Virus record (IMG/VR): IMGVR_UViG_3300032213_003338
Location: 1-64,000 of that record
Source: a virus
Strand: one strand, 5' to 3'
DNA length: 64,000 nt
The notes under the pieces were generated by a model that saw only the letters and a list, made by a program, of their open reading frames with translations, was not told the DNA's origin and did no database searches. Position numbers and translations under genes: made by a program. Shown one piece after another: positions 37,890-48,072 of the stretch (its first letter is position 1; each line of letters begins with the position of its first letter).

Positions 37890-38279
37890 ATGGCATTCAA
37901 AAGATTCATGTTTAACAACAAGACGGTGGTCTCGCTTGATGGATTTGATAACATCACGAGGCGAAGACCAGCTGACATGACAGCGCTTGAAACATACGTA
38001 AAATTTTGGTCTAGATCTTATTCGACACTTACTGTTGGTTGCGAGATTTTTGTTTGTGATAGTGTGTATTCTTATTCCACACAGTGGTCAAAGGGTCAAA
38101 TTCACAGACCTACCATTCTTCGTGCATCATTTTGGCATTCCAAAGAAAACAAAGAAGATCCAATTAATTTTAAGATCTGTAGTTCTTATGGTCTAAGATT
38201 GGAGAATCCAGAGGCGAGTTTTGATGAATTGAAGCTTGTTTCTGTGATTGTATCTGAAAAGATCAAAAGTATGCTCTAG
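37890..38279 (+). CDS. Hypothetical protein
   Basis: AAGGA RBS. Confidence 0.6.
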   Translation: MAFKRFMFNNKTVVSLDGFDNITRRRPADMTALETYVKFWSRSYSTLTVGCEIFVCDSVYSYSTQWSKGQIHRPTILRASFWHSKENKEDPINFKICSSYGLRLENPEASFDELKLVSVIVSEKIKSML

Positions 38280-38291
38280 TGTATTATAAAT

Positions 38292-38591
38292 ATGGCACTG
38301 CAAATACGTCAAATCAAGTCCGATAAAAGCCTTGGACTTTTCTGGAACGGAAACACGTTTGCATCTGTTGGTTCTGCAAAAACATTTACATCATTCAGAT
38401 CTGCAGCTGTTGAAAGTGCTAGAATATCCGTGTCATTTGGTGTTCAGACAGAGGTTGTTGATTCTGTTTCAAATCAAAATGATGCAGATCTACAGTCTGT
38501 AACATATAAAACAACTCAAGAAGTTGGAAAGAAAACATCGTCAGTCAAAGTTGAACTTTTGTCCCAAGATGAGCCTTACACGAAATCATGA
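38292..38591 (+). CDS. Hypothetical late-promoter protein
   Basis: GTGTATTATAAATATG directly upstream. Confidence 0.6.
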   Translation: MALQIRQIKSDKSLGLFWNGNTFASVGSAKTFTSFRSAAVESARISVSFGVQTEVVDSVSNQNDADLQSVTYKTTQEVGKKTSSVKVELLSQDEPYTKS

Positions 38592-40726
38592 TCTCAAACA
38601 TTGTTTCTCCAACCGTTGAACGATTCGGTTCATTCACAGAGTCAAAGTTTGGAATTTCCTCAAGCGAGGATCTTGTTTACATCTTTGACATCCTTCGCAG
38701 CAAGCTTTACTCAAATAAGATTGCCGCTGTCGTAAGAGAGTATTCTACAAATGCCGCTGACGCAAATGTGGAAAACGGACTGCGCGACAAGCCAATCGTA
38801 ATTACAGCGCCGACAAGAATGGTCCCGCAATTCAAGGTTCGTGACTTTGGTCGCGGACTTACCGAAGAAGAGATCAGGAATGTCTATTGCATGTATGGCC
38901 GAAGCACCAAGCGTAACAGCAATGACTACACTGGTCAGCTTGGTCTTGGATCAAAAAGCGGATTTGCTTACGGAGATTCGTTCACAATTGTCTCCTACAA
39001 GGACGGCGTAAAGCATACTTATACCGCATACATTGACGAAACCAGACTTGGCTCTATCGCAAAGGTTGACGAAAGCAAGACCCAGGAAGAGAACGGTATT
39101 GAGATTGTCATTCCTGTAAATATTTCAGATATCCGTTCTTTCGAGAGCGAGATCGCAACTGCTGTCAAGTATTTCAAGGTCAAGCCAAACGTTCTTAACA
39201 TCAGCGCCATTTCTTTCCAATCTGACGAAAAGGAGATCATCTCTGGAAAGGGCTGGAAGGTTTACGCAAATGGTGTAAACTCATATTACCAAAGTAAGGC
39301 AGTTGCTGTCATGGGAAACATTGGTTATCCAATCAATGTTCAAACCCTGACCAACAACACATACTCTGTAAACGCACTAAACTCACCAATCTGCATTGAC
39401 TTTGACATCGGAAAGCTTAGCATCTCGGCAAACAGAGAAGAGCTTGAGTACAACGAATCAACAAAGAAAGCTATTCTTGATCGTGTAAAGGAAATTGAAG
39501 CAGAAATTATTGATGTTACTGAAAAGCAGCTCAAGGACTGCAAGAACATCATTGAGGCAAAGAAGAAGTTTGGATCGTTTAACAGACACTTTAGCTGGAT
39601 TATCAACGGCAAGGTGAAGTGGAACGGCATCACGATCACAAGCAGCAGCCTTGATGTCAACACCACATTCTGCACCGCGAGACTGTACAATCCTAACGGC
39701 AAAAGCGAGGTTGTGCACCACATTTTCCTGGGCGACAATCACAGGAATGTTGAGGAGATCTTTTACCATGATGGTCAGCGTGGAAACTACGCAAAGGTAG
39801 CACACCTTGCAAAGACCAACAACTATTTCTACTGCCTTATCCAGTTTCACGACAGAACCAACGAGGACGGTGGAACTACATCGCCTGACGCATGGATAAA
39901 GGCAAACGGGCTTGATAGGAATCTTTTCAGAAACGCAAGCGTTCTTGCTGATCCGCCGAAGTCTGTCCGTGTTCCAAGAGTAAAGGGTCAGTCGTACTGC
40001 AACTGTTATTTTATCAACGATGAAAAGTCTTTGAAGTCATGGGGCACTGCTTCTGAGAATTACTCGAATGGGAAGTGCGACAAGAAGGCTGGTGGTCTTT
40101 ATATCAAAGTTGACCATTTCCTTGTCATGGTTAATGGATCTCGTACTTCCGCAAAGGATTTCATTCGCATTGTTAAGATTTTCAATGAGATAACTGGAGA
40201 CTCAATCGATCCAAACAAGATCCCGTGCTTCAGAGCAAGCGAGGCAGAATCTCTTAGCGATAAGTGGACTGACATAAACAGCTACATGATTGAAAAGCTT
40301 AATAGCTGCAGCACAATCGTTAAATACTCAAATCTACAGTCATACTCTGATATTTTCGAGTCTATTGACGGCTATTATGGTATCGGCATCTTCAATAAGA
40401 GCTTGCTGAACGCCATCTCTGCACGATCTAGCGAATTCACAGACAATACAAGGGTTTCAAACCTCATCCGTCTTTGGGAAAACATCAAAGCCTTTATGGA
40501 GGAAAACCGCAAGCAAATGAAGGGCGGCATGTACGATAAGATCAAGGATATTGGCCGCTACTTCACAATCAACGCTGATACCAATAACAAGAACGAGCCA
40601 GAGCAACTCAGAGAAGAAATTCAAAATATGGAAACAGAATACCCGCTTCTTGCTATCATCAACAGGTCTAGCAACAACAATACTGAACTGAACAAGCACA
40701 TCGTTAACTACATCGCAAAGCTCTGA
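38588..40726 (+). CDS. rIIA: rIIA-like protein (GHKL ATPase N-terminus)
   Basis: LYSNKIAAVVREYSTNAADA, VRDFGRGL, STKRNSND..GQLGLGSKS. Confidence 0.85.
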   Translation: MISNIVSPTVERFGSFTESKFGISSSEDLVYIFDILRSKLYSNKIAAVVREYSTNAADANVENGLRDKPIVITAPTRMVPQFKVRDFGRGLTEEEIRNVYCMYGRSTKRNSNDYTGQLGLGSKSGFAYGDSFTIVSYKDGVKHTYTAYIDETRLGSIAKVDESKTQEENGIEIVIPVNISDIRSFESEIATAVKYFKVKPNVLNISAISFQSDEKEIISGKGWKVYANGVNSYYQSKAVAVMGNIGYPINVQTLTNNTYSVNALNSPICIDFDIGKLSISANREELEYNESTKKAILDRVKEIEAEIIDVTEKQLKDCKNIIEAKKKFGSFNRHFSWIINGKVKWNGITITSSSLDVNTTFCTARLYNPNGKSEVVHHIFLGDNHRNVEEIFYHDGQRGNYAKVAHLAKTNNYFYCLIQFHDRTNEDGGTTSPDAWIKANGLDRNLFRNASVLADPPKSVRVPRVKGQSYCNCYFINDEKSLKSWGTASENYSNGKCDKKAGGLYIKVDHFLVMVNGSRTSAKDFIRIVKIFNEITGDSIDPNKIPCFRASEAESLSDKWTDINSYMIEKLNSCSTIVKYSNLQSYSDIFESIDGYYGIGIFNKSLLNAISARSSEFTDNTRVSNLIRLWENIKAFMEENRKQMKGGMYDKIKDIGRYFTINADTNNKNEPEQLREEIQNMETEYPLLAIINRSSNNNTELNKHIVNYIAKL

Positions 40727-40745
40727 GACCAAAGGAAATCACACA

Positions 40746-41603
40746 ATGAACACTCCTTCCATCATCTGCACTGATATCAGCATGACCGTTGTTTTCTCTG
40801 GCGAGTCTCCTAAGGTGATCAATTCTAATCACCCGAACTTCCAGAAGTGCCGTGAAGCAATTCGAAACCGCGACTGGTCGTCTCTTCACAAGATGGTCAA
40901 TGTTGAAGAGGCGGTCCGCTCTTACGTCTCCGACAACGGCAACATTACCGTTGCCAACGGAACGATTTACTACAAGGGCGAGCAGCTTCACGGTCTTATT
41001 GTTGATCGTGTTTTCCAGTTCATGCGAGAGAATCTTCCGTTTGAGCCTCTCATCAACTTCATCAATAACATGATGGAAAATCCGTCATTCCGATCCCGCA
41101 ATGAGCTTTACGGATTCCTTGAGCATGAAGGCCTTCCTATCACGGAAGACGGCCACTTCCTGGCTTATAAGGCTGTTCGTAATGACTACTACGACATCTA
41201 TAGCGGCAAGTTCTACAATGGAATCGGCACTCGCGTTTCCGTTGCTCGCCGTAACGTGGATGACGACTGCAATCGTGGATGCTCTCATGGTCTCCACGCA
41301 GGTAGTCTTGACTATGTTCGTGGATACGGCCAATCTGACTCTAAGTTCCTGATCGTCAAGATCAACCCAAAGGACGTTGTTTCTGTTCCTTCGGAGGACA
41401 GCCGCAAGCTTCGCTGCTGCGAGTATGTTGTCCTTTCCGAGTTCAAGGAGCAGCTAAACAATCCTTGCTACGGTGTCGATGGTAGCGACTTCTCTTGGGA
41501 TGATGATTTTGAGGATGAGGATGATGACTGCTGCGGCAATGATTGCTGCACTAGCAAGGCCCCAAAGACTCGTGGTGACGAGTACGATTACTACAATTAC
41601 TGA
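40746..41603 (+). CDS. rIIB: rIIB-like protein
   Basis: ENPS..ELYGFL..PITEDGHFLAYKAV..CSHGLHAG..VKINPKDVVSVP..KLRCCEY. Confidence 0.85.
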   Translation: MNTPSIICTDISMTVVFSGESPKVINSNHPNFQKCREAIRNRDWSSLHKMVNVEEAVRSYVSDNGNITVANGTIYYKGEQLHGLIVDRVFQFMRENLPFEPLINFINNMMENPSFRSRNELYGFLEHEGLPITEDGHFLAYKAVRNDYYDIYSGKFYNGIGTRVSVARRNVDDDCNRGCSHGLHAGSLDYVRGYGQSDSKFLIVKINPKDVVSVPSEDSRKLRCCEYVVLSEFKEQLNNPCYGVDGSDFSWDDDFEDEDDDCCGNDCCTSKAPKTRGDEYDYYNY

Positions 41604-41710
41604 AAACACTGTAGACAAGCAACTGAATAATTGCTAGAATCACTTCGGGATGGGGGAGGTAGAGCGGCGTGTAGCTGTTTCTGCCTCTCCCACAACACTA
41701 AGGATTTACG

Positions 41711-42709
41711 ATGAGCAACGAATGCCACAAGATTGACATGACGACCGGCAAGGCTGCTATGTTCTCTTCTCGCGGAATGGTTCCGTGGCACGGTCTTGGG
41801 ACTGTGATCCAGGAAGACGCAGCAACTTCAGCAGACGCCATCAAGTATGCTGGTCTTGATTACTCTCTGTTCAAGACCAATCTCTGGACGATTGATGGTG
41901 ATGGTAACAAGATTGATGTTCCAGAAAACTTTGCTGTTGTTCGCGGAGACACCAATGCTGTTCTTGGTGTTGTCGGCAAGAACTACAAGATTTTCCAGAA
42001 CAGCGAAGCCTTTGAGTTCTTTGACAGCGTTGTCGGTGAAAAGCTTGCTATTTACGAAACAGCAGGTGCTATTCACGGAGGCAAGATTGTTTGGATTCTT
42101 GCCAAGCTTCCTGCTGAGCTGCGAGTTGCCAAGACTGACGATGCGACCAACGCATACGTCATGCTTGCGACATCTCACGATGGAAGCATGAGCGTTACGA
42201 TGATGCCAACGCTTGTTCGTGTCGTTTGCAATAACACATTCACGCTCGCTATCAACGGCTTCTCAATTGAGCGCGGCATCAAGATGCGCCACACGAAGAA
42301 TATGTCAACGAAGATTGACATTGCTCGTGAGCGTCTTGGTGTTGTCAATTCTCAGGTTGAGGAGTACAATGAGCAGATGAACGCTCTTGCAAAGCGCAAG
42401 ATCAACAAGACTGAACTCAAGTCCTATATTGAGTCTCTTTTCCCTGATAACGAAAACGCAAAGAACAATACTCGCACTGAAAACATGCGCGATCAGATTT
42501 ACGAAAACTGGGCGGAAACGGAATTTGCTCAGATTGAAGGTACTGCTTGGGCTGCATTCAATGCGGTGACTAAGTTTGTTGATCACCAGCGCAGCACGAA
42601 GGGTACTGATGACGCTGATCGCGCAAACAACAGGATGTACAGCGTCCTGATGTCTTCTGGTGCTGTTAAGAAGCGCGAAGCCTTTAATTCTGCCCTGGCT
42701 CTTGTCTAA
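41711..42709 (+). CDS. DUF932 family phage/plasmid protein
   Basis: PWHGLG, YETAGAIHGG, SHDGS, RVVCNNT, GTAWAAFNAVT. Confidence 0.9.
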   Translation: MSNECHKIDMTTGKAAMFSSRGMVPWHGLGTVIQEDAATSADAIKYAGLDYSLFKTNLWTIDGDGNKIDVPENFAVVRGDTNAVLGVVGKNYKIFQNSEAFEFFDSVVGEKLAIYETAGAIHGGKIVWILAKLPAELRVAKTDDATNAYVMLATSHDGSMSVTMMPTLVRVVCNNTFTLAINGFSIERGIKMRHTKNMSTKIDIARERLGVVNSQVEEYNEQMNALAKRKINKTELKSYIESLFPDNENAKNNTRTENMRDQIYENWAETEFAQIEGTAWAAFNAVTKFVDHQRSTKGTDDADRANNRMYSVLMSSGAVKKREAFNSALALV

Positions 42710-42963
42710 ATAAAGTAATGGGGGCCGGGTGCGTTGCCCGGTCCCCAAAACTCCTCAAAAGGATCTACCAATGAAGCTCATTATTGAAAAAACAAACAAT
42801 TGCTATTATGCCTACACCGAAGATCAGCACCATCACGATACTGTTGAGTCTGGTCGAAGCGCAGAAAGTGTGAGGATGAAGCAGTCTTGGCTTGAAGAAA
42901 GCTGCGATCTTGCCGATATGCCAGAAGGCTCTTATATCGTTTTTGATATTAAGGAAGCTTGAT

Positions 42964-43374
42964 ATGAAGAAAGATATCGCAAAGAAGTGGACTAAAGAAC
43001 TTAGGTCCGGAAGATGGGAGCAGGGACGAGACGCTCTGTGTTCTGTTGAAGGCGATGGTACTATGTGCTATTGCTGCCTTGGTGTCTTGACTGAGCTTTA
43101 TAATCTAAATCAAAAGAGGTCAAGAAAGAAGACACTTATCACAGAAAACATTGAAGAGCGCGCCTTTGATGGAAAAAATGTTGTTTCATACAACGGCCAA
43201 GACGAGGTTCTTCCGGATGAGGTTATGAGGTGGGCCGGAATGTCTACCGAAAACGGTAGTCTGCTTGACTGTGATCTTGATGTTGATTACGAACATCTTG
43301 CAGACATGAATGACTCTGGCAAATCTTTTAAGTATATTGCTAGTATCATCGACCAGCATTACGAAAATCTATAA
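42964..43374 (+). CDS. Hypothetical phage protein
   Basis: KWTKELRSG..QG..L..YCCLGVL..LADMNDSG motif. Confidence 0.7.
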   Translation: MKKDIAKKWTKELRSGRWEQGRDALCSVEGDGTMCYCCLGVLTELYNLNQKRSRKKTLITENIEERAFDGKNVVSYNGQDEVLPDEVMRWAGMSTENGSLLDCDLDVDYEHLADMNDSGKSFKYIASIIDQHYENL

Positions 43375-44305
43375 AAACTACTTAGTCGTAAGAAATTACG
43401 CAAGGAAGACCAGTGCCTTACCACAAGTTTAGAATTAATGCGGTTGACATGGATGGTTTTTGCGTAACAGTAACAAAAGAGATTCCAGAATTTAACCTAA
43501 GTGTCGTTCCTGGGCATGACGAATTTTGGGTTTTGTTTAATGGGACAAAAGACGAGGCAAAGAAACTCAAGATGTTGATTGAAGAACGTGTTTGTCCAAT
43601 TGAAAAAGCATCATATTCAAGAAGTCTTGGATAAAAAACTATAATTGGTCTGGTTAGGGATAAAACCCTAGCCAGATTTTTCATGAAAAACCAAAAATAC
43701 CCAACTTGGTTTGTTGTTTACAGGAAAGTAAGCAAGAAAAAAGAAGCAGTATACTGTGAAATGGTCCTTGATGACAAAGGACTGAAGAAAGCGATAGCAG
43801 CAGCAACTAGGGATTTTCCAGAAAAAGAATACTTTGTTGAGCTTCAGAAAAAAGAACCTTTTATGGGGTGGTAAATGCCTTCTAGAAAAACAATTGAAGT
43901 GCCAGTGGACTTTTTAAAGTTTGTTGCGTCTCTCAGTGAATCAATCTATGTTGATGATGTTGACGCTGCTGCAGCAATCGGATTCAAGTACCTGAAAAAG
44001 AATAAGATTAAGCCGTACTCAAATTTCCAAACTTTTGATAGTTACAACGAAAGGCACGAAAATGAGTGATGACAACACAATTGATCTTCGCAAGTTTAAT
44101 AATAATCTAGCAGACCCAAACTACGTACTTAACAAAATTACTAGTCTTGAAAAGAGGATCAGGGTGATGCGTGAACTTTTGTGGGAGTGGAATCCCTCAG
44201 CAGTTCCTGTTTGGGAGCATTACAAACTTCAAAATGCTGGAGAGACTAGCGAAGACTATAACTTTATTAATGAAGACCCGGACTTCATAGACGAATATAA
44301 GCCAT

Positions 44306-44791
44306 ATGAGCCACCAGATGTTGAATACCCTGAATTCTGACGACAAAAACCGCGACAAAACCGCGAAAGGATCGCTACTTCTTGATTCGGCAATGATCAG
44401 AAGGCTGAATAAGTGCGTTGACCTCTCAATGTCTCTGATTGAAGACATCGACTCTGACTCAAAGCATGTTTCATTTGTTCTTAGGCGCAGCAAGATCATT
44501 GCTCTTGGCGTCAACAGAAGTATGCAGACACACCCTCTTGCGCTGAAGCTAAACTGCAGGTTTGGCACAATGCACTCGGAGCTTTCTGCTATTCTCAAGG
44601 CTAAGAAGTCAAACGAGTTTTACAATGCTACACTTGTGAACGTAAGACTTAGCTCTTCTTCACTAACAGAAAGGACGCCGATACTTAGAAACTCAAAACC
44701 TTGCAAGTCTTGCCAAAGACTTATCCTGGCTTGTCCTGAAATAAAGAAGGTCATTTACAGCACCGACAATGGATGGTACGAATATGCTTAA
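44306..44791 (+). CDS. Cytidine/dCMP deaminase-fold protein
   Basis: MHSE..KPCKSC zinc motif; start uncertain. Confidence 0.75.
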   Translation: MSHQMLNTLNSDDKNRDKTAKGSLLLDSAMIRRLNKCVDLSMSLIEDIDSDSKHVSFVLRRSKIIALGVNRSMQTHPLALKLNCRFGTMHSELSAILKAKKSNEFYNATLVNVRLSSSSLTERTPILRNSKPCKSCQRLILACPEIKKVIYSTDNGWYEYA

Positions 44792-44976
44792 TGCAGAACA
44801 ATCACTACAAATTGATTACTTTGGTGACGGTAAATATGTTCTTATGGTTGGCGAGCCGTTTTCAGGAAGTGATAGCCATTATTTTTCTTCAGTGCAAGAA
44901 ATCTTTGAATGGGTAATGAAGAACTACGGAGACACTCCAGTCGAGATGAGTCAGGTTGCGCATCTTGTTCTAACTA

Positions 44977-45411
44977 TTGAACTTGGAGTTGGCCATGACA
45001 CTAACTTCAGCGGTGATTAACAACGCAATCCCACAAGATGAACCAGTTTTTATCTACAGAAATCTACATCGAAAGTGCTTCTCTATAAGAAAAGAAAGCA
45101 CAAAAAGGATCGTTGGATACGATACTAGTAATTTTGCAATAAACGCAGCTCAGTTTAAGGTATCCCAGGCTGGAAGAAGACGCGTTCTTCGCTCTGGACA
45201 AAAGAACGTACACGCTGGTATTCGCGGTTATTTTGAAAAGCTCCCCATCGGATTTGCCCTCCCAGAAGATGTCGTAAAAATAACTTACGATCCATATATT
45301 AGCTCAGGTTTCCATATTTCTGGAAACCCAAGTGGGCTTGTGCTCAAGGGCGCAAGCGTTGTATACTTTACGCAATACGGACTTTACACGAGGAAAGCCA
45401 ATGTTTATTAA
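44977..45411 (+). CDS. Conserved phage hypothetical protein
   Basis: YRNLHRKCFS..FKVSQAGRRRVL..KNVHA..YDPY. Confidence 0.7.
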   Translation: MNLELAMTLTSAVINNAIPQDEPVFIYRNLHRKCFSIRKESTKRIVGYDTSNFAINAAQFKVSQAGRRRVLRSGQKNVHAGIRGYFEKLPIGFALPEDVVKITYDPYISSGFHISGNPSGLVLKGASVVYFTQYGLYTRKANVY

Positions 45412-46462
45412 GACAATCGCCGCTCTGACAAGTTTAGTATTGGTAGGCTCAGGCCCACAATATAACGGTGTATACAAAAGCATGAGCACTCATAGGGCCT
45501 GTTGCTGCAACAACATTGGAATACTGACAGACTCCACAAATTTTGAGGGGTCTATCACAGAACCATGCAAAACAGACTTTGAAAAGATGTACGAGGGCAA
45601 GGCTAATGTTATTCGTGTTGATAGCATTGAGACCTTAAACTCTTGCTCTGTTGTTTTCTTTGGTCTAGTAAGGCTCAGGGGCGCTTCAACACAAACAGCA
45701 TCACTTTATCCAAGCTATGATAACCACCTTGGTACAGGAAGTTCTGCTGCACTAAATGCAAAGCTTAACGAATACGTTAAAAATGGTGGAAAGGTCGTAG
45801 CTATTGGAGACACAGTAGGCAGATCCAGCGCCACCGTGCCTAACGGCACAGTCGAAGCAAATCTTAATACAATGAATGCCACCTTTACGGCTTTTAGAGG
45901 TGGTGTCTCAACTGGTCTTACAATTCTACCAGACGTATCTACTGCAAATCTTACATCCTGCACACAAGCAGGACTTGGTTGTTCTTGCGCATCAACACAA
46001 ATTAGCAGATACTGGACAGGAAGGGTGTCAGTACCATCAGGCGATCCTGACGGTGAAATTTTTAAATCTTCTGAAGACGTAAGCGAGCACTGGATATCCG
46101 CATTCGGTGTTGGTCATTCGTCTGGCGGCATTTCACTAACTTCTGATATTTCAGCATCATTCTTAAGTCTATCACCAAATACCTGCTCTTCTACATCTGC
46201 AACACTGAGACCGTTCGCTTACGAGAAAATCGAAAAAGGATACATTATCTATCTTGGCGATAGAAATATGTTTGCTTGGCAGAGAACGCTTGAAGCTCCA
46301 ACTGGTCTAACGCCAGCGCTTGCTCCATGCGGAGTTTCTAACAGCACTTTCCCAACAACAATCAATTGTTTTACTGGTCCTTCAGGCTATACAGGCCTAA
46401 ATGTTTACGAAGCAAATAAATTTTTCCTTTGGTCATTGCTAAAGGCTTGCTCTAGTTGCTAA
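45401..46462 (+). CDS. Secreted/exported Cys-Ser-Thr-rich protein
   Basis: Signal-peptide-like MFIKTIAALTSLVLVGSG; YVKNGGKVVAIGD motif. Confidence 0.65.
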   Translation: MFIKTIAALTSLVLVGSGPQYNGVYKSMSTHRACCCNNIGILTDSTNFEGSITEPCKTDFEKMYEGKANVIRVDSIETLNSCSVVFFGLVRLRGASTQTASLYPSYDNHLGTGSSAALNAKLNEYVKNGGKVVAIGDTVGRSSATVPNGTVEANLNTMNATFTAFRGGVSTGLTILPDVSTANLTSCTQAGLGCSCASTQISRYWTGRVSVPSGDPDGEIFKSSEDVSEHWISAFGVGHSSGGISLTSDISASFLSLSPNTCSSTSATLRPFAYEKIEKGYIIYLGDRNMFAWQRTLEAPTGLTPALAPCGVSNSTFPTTINCFTGPSGYTGLNVYEANKFFLWSLLKACSSC

Positions 46463-46473
46463 AATAAATCATC

Positions 46474-46986
46474 ATGTCAGATGATACAAAGTTCAGCATT
46501 GCCAAAGCAACACAGCTTCTACAGTCATTTTCTGGACTGATGAAAAACGGCTGTGTTTCGCTTCAGGTTTATCAAGACCGAAGAAAGGCATGCGAAACAT
46601 GTGATCAAGTTCAAAAAAGACCGCGTGATGGCAAGATGTTCTGTGGCTCTTGTGGTTGCGGAACAAGAGATTTGGCGGCGTTGTTTGATCCAACTATAGA
46701 GCTTGAAAAAGATTACAGTCCCAGACTGTGGATGCCAAAGTCTAATTGCCCAAAAAACCTTCACAAAGATGAAGAAGGCACTGGTAACTACGCCCCAATT
46801 GGTGGAAAAATAAAACAACTTGTAGCATTTACAAAGGCGACCCTGGCTGAAGCTGCTGGTGTTTCTAATCCAGACGAGCAAACAGAGATGGTAAACGCAA
46901 CTGCACAAGCAGTAAAAGACGTAGTATCATCAGAAGAAGAGATAGACGAACTAACAAAGGAGATGGAAAATGATCAAGCCTCTTAA
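46474..46986 (+). CDS. Cys-rich hypothetical protein
   Basis: CETC..CGSCGC..CP. Confidence 0.65.
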   Translation: MSDDTKFSIAKATQLLQSFSGLMKNGCVSLQVYQDRRKACETCDQVQKRPRDGKMFCGSCGCGTRDLAALFDPTIELEKDYSPRLWMPKSNCPKNLHKDEEGTGNYAPIGGKIKQLVAFTKATLAEAAGVSNPDEQTEMVNATAQAVKDVVSSEEEIDELTKEMENDQAS

Positions 46987-47426
46987 TAACGTAATGCAGC
47001 ATATAGCAACTTTTAATTTTGGTATTGGGTTTGGTAATAAGGTTTTTGCTTGCACTATTCAGGTATGGCCATTTGTTTGGGGTCTAAGCATATCTAAGTC
47101 AAGCGGCGTGTTTGAGACTCGTATTGGTCCAATTACAGTATCTTTTGTAACACAGCAAAATGTATAGACTTCACATTGATATTCCAATGCCATTCACTGA
47201 GAGCGACGCAAAGTCGCTTTCTTTGTCAATCATCCAGATGCTTGATAAGGAAACTATCAAGGCTATGGGCGTTGATCAAATTAACTATCGTCTTGGGCAT
47301 GACGAGGATCGGCAGAAGTCAAATTACTTTATGACTAATGCTAGCGGGCACGTAAACAACAAAAAGAGCAAGATTACGCTTCTTGATGAAGAAAGTCCTG
47401 AAGCAGATATCTAAAATAAAACACAA

Positions 47427-47522
47427 GCGCACTTAAGCAGCCAAAGATAAAAGGCCAGGCTTATATGGATTAAGGCTCCTAGGGCCGAGAATTGAGAAGA
47501 GGTGCAAGACCTTCGGTGCGCT
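47427..47522 (+). ncRNA. tRNA-like element with non-canonical interior
   Basis: Acceptor-like GCGCACT/GGTGCGC and T-arm-like GG-TGCAAGA-CC; no canonical anticodon arm. Confidence 0.4.
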
Positions 47523-47536
47523 TTAATAGTTACTTC

Positions 47537-47607
47537 GCGTAGTGGGCGGACAGCTTCGCAGGCCGACTTATAATCGGCTCAAACCAGGGCAGCACTGGGA
47601 CTACGCA
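47537..47607 (+). tRNA. tRNA-Ile(TAT), atypical D and T loops
   Basis: Acceptor GCGTAGT/ACTACGC+A; anticodon arm GCCGA-CTTATAA-TCGGC; T loop GGCAGCA. Confidence 0.75.
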
Positions 47608-47611
47608 TTAC

Positions 47612-47684
47612 GCCTCTATAGCTCAGATGGTAGAGCATTCGGCTTTTAACCGATAGGTCGTAGGTTCGATTCCTACTGGAGGCA
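47612..47684 (+). tRNA. tRNA-Lys(TTT)
   Basis: GCCTCTA/TGGAGGC; TCGG-CTTTTAA-CCGA; TTCGATT. Confidence 0.95.
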
Positions 47685-48072
47685 TTATGAAAAAATGTAT
47701 TCTACTGTGTACAGTCATTGTTTGTTCTTGCTCAAACAACCAAGACGAACCAAATGCATACTATGACGAATACAGGCATCAGGTTGTTGTTGAAAACTCA
47801 GATGCTTACACTGTGCAAATGGGTTGGCTTGACAAAACTACATTCATCGACGTTGATGTTTGTTTGATGCCGCAAAACGAAGAGATTCATCTGTATGCAT
47901 CACACTCAATCGAAGACATCAAGTGAAAGCTGGGGCCTTTGGTGCAAGACAATAAATGACTGGCTAATGGAAGACAGAAAGACAATTGCTTCTTGGCCGA
48001 GTGAAAAAGAGGCCGAGTCGTTTAGAAAAAATCATACAGTTCACAAAGATTCTTACGAAGCAAGGCTAATTA

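Noticed and set aside
47474-47490. Amber suppressor tRNA or stop-codon recoding
   Set aside because: The CTA-containing hairpin is not a canonical anticodon arm, and long genes are intact in the standard code.
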